Virus record (IMG/VR): IMGVR_UViG_3300020048_000087 | Location: 1-64,000 of that record | Strand: one strand, 5' to 3' | Source: a virus | Lineage: Duplodnaviria; Caudoviricetes | DNA: 64,000 nt | Made by a program: the position numbers and the translations under genes | In this document: in pieces, positions 57,555 to 64,000 of the stretch | How the letters are laid out: every line of letters begins with the position of its first letter | Numbering within the stretch: position 1 is the first letter of the stretch | The notes under the pieces: model-generated | The model's input: only the letters and a program-made list of their open reading frames with translations | Told to the model about the DNA's origin: nothing | Database searches by the model: none

Positions 57555-58594
57555 AGTAATTGGTTGTTAAACCCAATTGACGCTTCTAAAGTGTCATCAA
57601 ATTTGGTTGCAATAATTTTTAATACATCATTAGTGTTGATTTGTATTTCACTAATATCACTACCATAATATTGGTTATTAATGTACACATCAAATGTGTT
57701 AACATTAAGAACATCACCAACATTTAAATTTACGGTATAATCAAATAATTGTGTTAAAATATTGTTACCAATAATAAATAAACAATTTAGAGTTGTACTA
57801 CTTGGGTTTGAATCTAATTTTTTACCTTTTTTTAATTTGTCTGTTGATAATTCTGTAACTTGTAAAACTCTACTGATTGCTGGTGAAATCTCAAATTCGT
57901 CTTCATCAATTAGAAAACCTAACATAGTGAATTCGTATGATTGGATGTAGTATCGTCTTTTTTCTAAATCATTAACCGACTCATCAGTAATACCACCTTG
58001 TACTATTGGGATATAATGACCTTTAATTGTTGAGTAAGCTTGTTTTGATGCGAATTTACCCAATACAATTTTATTGAACTCGTTTAATTCTCTCATCCTA
58101 TTACAAACTATCTTAACTTGATATGTGATATCAACAGGTATTGGTTGGGGTATTTTATAAATGTCCATACCATTTCTTTGTCCGTTAAATGTTGGGACTT
58201 GTGCATAAAAATATTGTCGTCTATTTGGAATATTATAAACAACCGCGGGATTTGTTCCGAACTTAACTTCAGGTATTCTAACAACCGTAATTACCGGGGG
58301 CTCAACATTTTTATCTAAATTTTGTATATCCCAAGTTTCAATAAATTGTGACCAATTTTGAGTTGTTATTAAAATATCAATCATTGGGATTTTTTTTCCA
58401 TCAACAATTGTTTCTAATTCGGTTTTAACAAAATTTAAAAAACCACCATCCAAATCTGCGTGTAATAACGATTTTGGTAGATATGTTCCATCCTTATTGA
58501 TTTTATCCAATAACTCGTACCTTCTAGGTAATAGAGTTTTCGATTCCGTCAATGGAATATGTTTCTTAATACTATTTTTTTTTGGTAATCCCAT
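57551..58594 (-). CDS. Tail completion / sheath terminator-like protein (gp15-like)
   Basis: PQPIPVDITYQVKIVCNRMRELNEF pattern; lies between the neck and sheath genes. Confidence 0.55.
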   Translation of the reverse strand: MGLPKKNSIKKHIPLTESKTLLPRRYELLDKINKDGTYLPKSLLHADLDGGFLNFVKTELETIVDGKKIPMIDILITTQNWSQFIETWDIQNLDKNVEPPVITVVRIPEVKFGTNPAVVYNIPNRRQYFYAQVPTFNGQRNGMDIYKIPQPIPVDITYQVKIVCNRMRELNEFNKIVLGKFASKQAYSTIKGHYIPIVQGGITDESVNDLEKRRYYIQSYEFTMLGFLIDEDEFEISPAISRVLQVTELSTDKLKKGKKLDSNPSSTTLNCLFIIGNNILTQLFDYTVNLNVGDVLNVNTFDVYINNQYYGSDISEIQINTNDVLKIIATKFDDTLEASIGFNNQLL

Positions 58595-58601
58595 TTTTTA
58601 A

Positions 58602-58772
58602 TTATTTCGGAGTATTATCGTGACCACATTTATGACAAATGTATATGTCTTTATTACCTTTTTTCTTTTCCTCTTCCCAATCCCAATTCCAATTACATTT
58701 ATCGCAAAACACTTCATTATCAATGATACGTTCAATTAATTTTAGTTGTTTTTCTGTTATAATAATTTTCAT
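58602..58772 (-). CDS. Small zinc-ribbon protein (56 aa)
   Basis: Below the track cutoff. Reads MKIIITEKQLKLIERIIDNEVFCDKCNWNWDWEEEKKKGNKDIYICHKCGHDNTPK*, with two CxxC motifs and an ATGA overlap with the upstream gene. Confidence 0.75.
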   Translation of the reverse strand: MKIIITEKQLKLIERIIDNEVFCDKCNWNWDWEEEKKKGNKDIYICHKCGHDNTPK

Positions 58773-59284
58773 AGTCCTCTAAATTCGTTATCTGTAACAG
58801 GAGACGCGATAATACTTCTGTAATAAGGTCTTGTTCCACCATAGTTATGTTTATTATCTGAAACGACCCTACCATCGTTATTAACGGTGTAGTACCTTAC
58901 TCGTGTTTCAGTCTCATAATACCCAATATAATCACCAAAATTAACATCAATTCCTAATTCTTCTAAATGATGGTTATAAACACCAACTTTAAGATTACCT
59001 GGCTCAAATTGGTCTATTTTAGAATTACCCAACATTTTATTCTCAGGAGGTAATATTTGAACATAACCTTTAAATTCAATAGGGGGTAAAAACTTAATAC
59101 CATCTGAAATAGATTCACCGTATACGTCATCCGTTTTAGTTTTAATCCTATCAATACGATATAAAACTAATGTGAAATTCATATCACCGTGAAGCCATTC
59201 TTCACCCATATTCATATCAAGGCTAAAATCTTCATTACCGAAAAATTTACCCAAACGAGTAATTGGAATATTATTGTTAGACAT
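58769..59284 (-). CDS. Neck/head-closure protein (gp14-like)
   Basis: VLYRIDRIKTKTDDVYGES...PPIEFKGYV. True start is likely MSNN at 59284, directly after TATTTATC. Confidence 0.55.
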   Translation of the reverse strand: MSNNNIPITRLGKFFGNEDFSLDMNMGEEWLHGDMNFTLVLYRIDRIKTKTDDVYGESISDGIKFLPPIEFKGYVQILPPENKMLGNSKIDQFEPGNLKVGVYNHHLEELGIDVNFGDYIGYYETETRVRYYTVNNDGRVVSDNKHNYGGTRPYYRSIIASPVTDNEFRGL

Positions 59285-59332
59285 ATTGATAAATATCTTT
59301 ATATTTATTATTTTTAAAACAAACAAATAGTT

Positions 59333-61090
59333 TTGGAGAATAAAATCGTATCTATAGAACAACAAGCAATACAAATTCTTGAGTCTTACTCAGGGGGTAA
59401 TAACTATATATTAAAATTAAAATTACAGAAAGAAACTAATAAAAAGTTTTACCCAACAAGGTCACAATCAGATTATATCGTAAATTATTCAGATGTACAA
59501 CCAAAAGTCGCTAAGAAATGGGTGGAATTGGACCCATACTTTGCTAAAAAAATTGCCGATGATAATTCATATATTGAAATCCCTAAACAAATATGGGTCG
59601 AGAAATTATTGGTTGAAAAAGAAAAATCGTACCATATTTGGGGAAAGATTAATGAGTCGGAAACTATCCACGAACTATGGATGCCGAAAGGGGCTTTGTT
59701 AAAGACACATAAGACTGAGAATGTCGTAATTGATTACTCAAAATATTCTCACCGACCACCATTAGAACATCAGAAATTGGCAATTGAGCAATTAGCGGGT
59801 TCTAAAAGATATATTTTGGCGGATGATATGGGGTTAGGTAAAACTACCTCAACTATTATCGCAGCCTTAGAAACGGGAGCTAAAAAAATATTAATAATTT
59901 GTCCAGCAACATTAAAGATTAATTGGCAACGTGAGATTGAGAATTATTCGGATAGGTCTATCTATATTTCGGAAGGTAAAAATTTCTCAACTGAACACGA
60001 TTTTGTCATTATTAATTATGATATATTAAAGAACTTTTACGACCTCAAAGATAAAGATAATTCATTAATCACCAAAGGTAATTTTGATTTAATAATTATT
60101 GATGAGGCTCACTATATACAAAATGCTCAAGCTCAAAGAACAAAACTTATTAATAGTTTTTCAACAAAGGTAGATAGATTATGGTTGTTAACGGGAACTC
60201 CGATGACTTCAAGACCAATGAACTATTTTAACTTATTGAGTTTGATTGAAAGCCCTGTTGCTCAAAATTGGATGGCCTACGCTATTAGATATTGTCAAGG
60301 TTATCAGTTCACCGCTGGTAAACGAAAAATATGGAACGTGTCAGGAGCGTCTAATTTAGAGGAACTTAGAGATAGGACATCAAGACAAGTTTTAAGAAGA
60401 TTGAAAACAGAAGTGTTAGATTTACCTGATAAAATTATTACACCGGTATATCTAAGATTAAAATCTAAAGAATATGAAACTGAAGTAGGTGAATACTACG
60501 ATTGGTATGAAAATAAAAAAGAAGAGTCTAAATCTTTAACGATACAATTTAGTAGGTTAATGAAAGTTAGACAAATAATTGCGGAAGAGAAAATAAAACA
60601 AACAATAGAATTGGCCCAAAATATTATTGACCAAGATAAAAAGGTTATAATATTTACGAACTTTACTGATACACTAAAAAAGATTCACGAACATTTTGGG
60701 AAACAATCCGTTTATTTAGATGGGTCGTGTACTAAACCACAAAGACAATATGCTGTTGACCAATTTCAGGAAAACGATAAGATTAAAGTTTTTGTTGGGA
60801 ATTTAAAAGCTGCGGGTGTTGGAATTACTCTCACCGCTGGTGAGGCTTGTATAATGAATGACTTATCATTTGTACCTTCAGACCATTCACAAGCTGAAGA
60901 TAGAGCCTACCGATATGGTCAAAAAAACACGGTGTCAGTTTATTATCCGATATTTGAAAACACAATTGAGGGGATTATTTATGATATGTTAAATTATAAG
61001 AAAAATGTGTTTGAAACGGTGATGGGGGACAATATTGATAAAGGTGACTTCGTTGAACAAATGATGAATAGAATTAATCAAAGGAGATAA
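59333..61090 (+). CDS. SNF2/SWI2-family helicase
   Basis: ILADDMGLGKT, IICPATL, IIDEAH, LLTGTP and QAEDRAYRYGQ motifs. Confidence 0.92.
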   Translation: MENKIVSIEQQAIQILESYSGGNNYILKLKLQKETNKKFYPTRSQSDYIVNYSDVQPKVAKKWVELDPYFAKKIADDNSYIEIPKQIWVEKLLVEKEKSYHIWGKINESETIHELWMPKGALLKTHKTENVVIDYSKYSHRPPLEHQKLAIEQLAGSKRYILADDMGLGKTTSTIIAALETGAKKILIICPATLKINWQREIENYSDRSIYISEGKNFSTEHDFVIINYDILKNFYDLKDKDNSLITKGNFDLIIIDEAHYIQNAQAQRTKLINSFSTKVDRLWLLTGTPMTSRPMNYFNLLSLIESPVAQNWMAYAIRYCQGYQFTAGKRKIWNVSGASNLEELRDRTSRQVLRRLKTEVLDLPDKIITPVYLRLKSKEYETEVGEYYDWYENKKEESKSLTIQFSRLMKVRQIIAEEKIKQTIELAQNIIDQDKKVIIFTNFTDTLKKIHEHFGKQSVYLDGSCTKPQRQYAVDQFQENDKIKVFVGNLKAAGVGITLTAGEACIMNDLSFVPSDHSQAEDRAYRYGQKNTVSVYYPIFENTIEGIIYDMLNYKKNVFETVMGDNIDKGDFVEQMMNRINQRR

Positions 61091-61131
61091 TTCAAAACTT
61101 CCGCTTATTTATAAGATATAAAATAAGTAAG

Positions 61132-62670
61132 ATGAATAAAAATGAAAATCGTATCAAAGTGATTAACGAGCAGTTAGTAACTATTGATACTGAAAAAAAC
61201 AAAAAACTTTTCCTTACGGAAATGAAAAAGATAGGGATTGAAAAACTACCCTATGCTTATACTGCCTTGAAACAATTTATTGATGCTGAAACAATGTCTT
61301 ACCATTATAACAAACATTATAAAGGTTATGTTGAAAAATTAAATGATGCGTTATCCAAAAAAGATTATGGTGATATTGAACTTGAAGATATTGTTAAACG
61401 TATCGGTAAGTATAATAAAACAATTCGGAACAATGCCGGTGGGGCTTTTAACCACGCGTTGTTTTGGAAAATGTTATCACCTAAAGAACAAGTATGTGGT
61501 GGACCAATTTTAAAGAAAATTAATAGTTCTTTTGGTAATTTAAAAGAATTCAAAAATAAATTTGAGTCTGTTGCAAAAAATAGATTTGGTTCGGGGTGGG
61601 TTTGGTTAGTTTTAACTAAACGTAATACTTTAAAAGTTATATCAACCCCAAATCAAGATAATCCATTAATGAATATAATCCAAAATGGTGGTTACCCATT
61701 ACTTGGGTTAGATTTATGGGAACATTCTTATTATCTGAAATATCGTAACAAAAGAGATGAATATATCCGTAATTTTTGGAAATGTGTTAATTGGGGATTT
61801 GTTAATGAATTATTTAAAATGAAAACTAAGACAAGTATTAAAGAAAATGTTAGAATGAAAAAAATAATAAGTGAAGGGGTCTCTGAAAGATGTAGTCGTT
61901 TTGATGTCCAATTTTACCGAAATTTATTTAACACCAATGACAAGGTTAAGACAACATATAGATTTGGTATTGAAAAAATTTTAAGTGAGGTTTTTCCTAA
62001 CAATTTCTATGAGAAAAACGCTTATGGGCCAAATCAAATGCAAGGGATATATGATTTTGAAGATGAAGGTAGGTCGGTAATAAATAAGATGAACACAAAC
62101 TATGAAGTTTTTTGTGTGTTACTTAACGATATTAATTTAGTGATGACAAAATTAGGTAGACCACAAATTAACTTTAAAAATAAAAACTCAGAAGAACAAA
62201 TTGCTGAAGCGAAAAGATTGATTAGTGTTGTTGATGAGTTTAAAACAAGAATATTTTCTTTATCGTCAGGAACATTTGAAAATATTATGGCAACACTTGG
62301 TAGTACTAATTCATTTGGTGAGTTAACTGAAATTATGGTTGTGGAAATTCTTAAAAAAGAATATGGTGAAGACAATGTAACCAAAGTGGGTAAACTTGGT
62401 GGTTCTGAAGATGCTCTTGAGGGTATTGATTGTGAAGTTAAAATTAACGGTGTTATTCAAACCGCGCAAATTAAACCATATAAGTCAAATCAATTAGTTA
62501 ATGGATTTTACACAATGTTTGATACAGGACAAGTTAAACCATATACAACCGATTGGATGATTTTTTCTAAAAAAAATAAAGACGCTATGATATTCGATAA
62601 TAAAGATATTAAGATAGTTAAAGGTAACTATGTGATACCTGAAATAAATTTGATTAAACATATTTATTAG
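61132..62670 (+). CDS. sodA: Fe/Mn superoxide dismutase (Mn-type signature) fused to a C-terminal PD-(D/E)XK-like domain
   Basis: HYNKHYKGY, NNAGGAFNH, RFGSGWVWL, PNQD and LDLWEHSYY in roughly aa 35-225; then about 280 extra aa containing EGIDCEV...TAQIKPY. Confidence 0.85.
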   Translation: MNKNENRIKVINEQLVTIDTEKNKKLFLTEMKKIGIEKLPYAYTALKQFIDAETMSYHYNKHYKGYVEKLNDALSKKDYGDIELEDIVKRIGKYNKTIRNNAGGAFNHALFWKMLSPKEQVCGGPILKKINSSFGNLKEFKNKFESVAKNRFGSGWVWLVLTKRNTLKVISTPNQDNPLMNIIQNGGYPLLGLDLWEHSYYLKYRNKRDEYIRNFWKCVNWGFVNELFKMKTKTSIKENVRMKKIISEGVSERCSRFDVQFYRNLFNTNDKVKTTYRFGIEKILSEVFPNNFYEKNAYGPNQMQGIYDFEDEGRSVINKMNTNYEVFCVLLNDINLVMTKLGRPQINFKNKNSEEQIAEAKRLISVVDEFKTRIFSLSSGTFENIMATLGSTNSFGELTEIMVVEILKKEYGEDNVTKVGKLGGSEDALEGIDCEVKINGVIQTAQIKPYKSNQLVNGFYTMFDTGQVKPYTTDWMIFSKKNKDAMIFDNKDIKIVKGNYVIPEINLIKHIY

Positions 62671-62722
62671 TGTGTGACGTAAAATACTACATATGCTAAA
62701 TATTTATATATAAAACATAATT

Positions 62723-63850
62723 ATGTCAGTAATCCCAGAACCACATAGAAGTGAACTATATAAAAAGGTTCGACACTTATTAGGAGCACCTTTACGTTCA
62801 GTTGAACTTGAAGATGAACAAATGGATACTTTGTTAGAATTTTCAATTGATGATTATTCTGAACAAATCCAAAGTTGGTTAGTCGAATCTCAATGGACAT
62901 CCCTAAACAATTTAAATCTTGATACTCAATCATTAAGTCGAGCTTTTTTGACTAAAAGTTTAGATTACGAAACAAGGTATACTTACGCCTATTCTAAAAT
63001 TGTTGGATTACAAGCTGGTGGTGATTGGGTTTTAAAAAGAGATTATGTTGAATTAAAAACTAACCAACAAGTTTATGAGGTTCCTGCTAATCGTGAGATT
63101 AATGAGGTTCTTTGGTATTCACCAGCAGAATTAAATAATGCGATGTTTGACCCTTGGTCTTTCGGTGCTCTTGGTGCCGGTGGTGGACTTGGTGGTGCCG
63201 GTGGTTTAGCTCAAATGGGTAATGCTGGTGGTAGTTTCTTAATGATGCCAGCGTTTGATATGTTATTGAGAATGCAAGAAATCAATATACAAAGAAGGAT
63301 TATTACAGGTGATTTAACATATAAAATAACAGCATTACCTGAAGGTAAGAAGGCGTTACATTTAATGCAAACACCGGGTGGTAAATTCGACTTCGGTAAC
63401 TCATCATTAATGAGGGGTAAAGTTTGGTATTGTTATTATGATGCAGGGCCTGAAGATAGGGATAAATGTTTAAAAGATAATCCTGATATTATTAAATTAC
63501 CATCTGACGTTCCTTTCGATAAAATGTCTTGGACCGATTTAAATAACCCGGCACAAGTTTGGGTTAGACGTTGGTTTGTTGCCTCTTGTAAAGAGACGTT
63601 ATCTAAAGTTCGTGGTAAATATAGTGGTAATTTAAAAACACCTGATTCTGAATTGACTATGGATTATCAATCATTAGCAACTGAAGGTAAAGATGAAAAA
63701 ACAAAATTAATAGATGAATTAACAGGGGCTGAAGGTAAATTAACGAGATTAAAACCCGAAAAGGTTATGGAACGTGAAGCTCAACTTGCGGAAAACTTAA
63801 ATAAACAATTGAAGTTTAGAGCATTCCCAAGACAAATATACGTTATATAA
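62723..63850 (+). CDS. Neck protein / head-tail adaptor (gp13-like)
   Basis: VRHLLGAPLRSVELEDEQMDTLLEFSIDDY resembles the T4 gp13 N-terminus; contains a Gly-rich loop. Confidence 0.7.
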   Translation: MSVIPEPHRSELYKKVRHLLGAPLRSVELEDEQMDTLLEFSIDDYSEQIQSWLVESQWTSLNNLNLDTQSLSRAFLTKSLDYETRYTYAYSKIVGLQAGGDWVLKRDYVELKTNQQVYEVPANREINEVLWYSPAELNNAMFDPWSFGALGAGGGLGGAGGLAQMGNAGGSFLMMPAFDMLLRMQEINIQRRIITGDLTYKITALPEGKKALHLMQTPGGKFDFGNSSLMRGKVWYCYYDAGPEDRDKCLKDNPDIIKLPSDVPFDKMSWTDLNNPAQVWVRRWFVASCKETLSKVRGKYSGNLKTPDSELTMDYQSLATEGKDEKTKLIDELTGAEGKLTRLKPEKVMEREAQLAENLNKQLKFRAFPRQIYVI

Positions 63851-63851
63851 T

Positions 63852-64000
63852 ATGGTGAACCCAAGAAATACCGAAAGAAAATTAATAGGTGAAAAAATAT
63901 ACCTAAGAGGTTTTAACGACCCAATTAGTAGAATAATTACCGATTCTGTTTATAAAACAGATGGTGAATTTTTCTTAGTTATTAAAGATACTGAGACTTG
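63852..64000 (+). CDS. 3'-truncated hypothetical protein
   Basis: ATG at 63852, open to the window end: MVNPRNTERKLIGEKIYLRGFNDPISRIITDSVYKTDGEFFLVIKDTET... Confidence 0.6.
   Translation, partial: MVNPRNTERKLIGEKIYLRGFNDPISRIITDSVYKTDGEFFLVIKDTET

Noticed and set aside
1141-62933. Numerous 60-107 aa nested or antisense ORFs in the track (e.g. 2012-2212, 9065-9298, 25412-25657, 29243-29566, 37093-37392, 53468-53758, 62100-62384)
   Set aside because: They lie within, or almost entirely overlap, well-supported genes and have no motifs or start signals, as expected by chance.
1-64000. tRNA, rRNA or other structured ncRNA genes
   Set aside because: Intergenic gaps are short and contain only terminator hairpins; no cloverleaf or rRNA-like sequence was recognised.

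Overview
This 64 kb window is part of an AT-rich large or jumbo myovirus genome with a T4-like contractile tail. It uses genetic code 11 (TAA, TAG and TGA all end long ORFs). Most of it is a minus-strand tail/baseplate/neck morphogenesis region: sheath, tube, assembly chaperone, tape-measure-like gene, hub, gp6/gp25 wedge, and SprB/PKD/Pro-Thr-rich fibre-like proteins. A DNA-metabolism cassette interrupts it (SSB, GT2 glycosyltransferase, RecA/UvsX, 5'-3' exonuclease, DnaB-like helicase, nrdB, nrdA). A plus-strand block at the right end holds a SNF2 helicase, a SOD fusion and a gp13-like neck gene. The most notable observations are: (1) a glycosyltransferase whose motifs match plant Hyp/Ser O-glycosyltransferases (GT95/GT96), sitting among mucin/extensin-like Thr-Pro/Ser-Pro virion proteins, which suggests a phage-encoded virion O-glycosylation system; (2) a likely +1 programmed frameshift in the tail chaperone at GAG-TTT-TTT-C; (3) a Mn-type SOD fused to a PD-(D/E)XK-like domain, plus a HAD phosphatase, both with possible prohead-protease sites; (4) a strand-oriented TATTTAT upstream motif, the reverse complement of the T4 late promoter core; (5) an unannotated RHH regulator with a palindromic operator candidate next to the sheath promoter. 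All family assignments come from recognising motifs by eye; no database searches were run.
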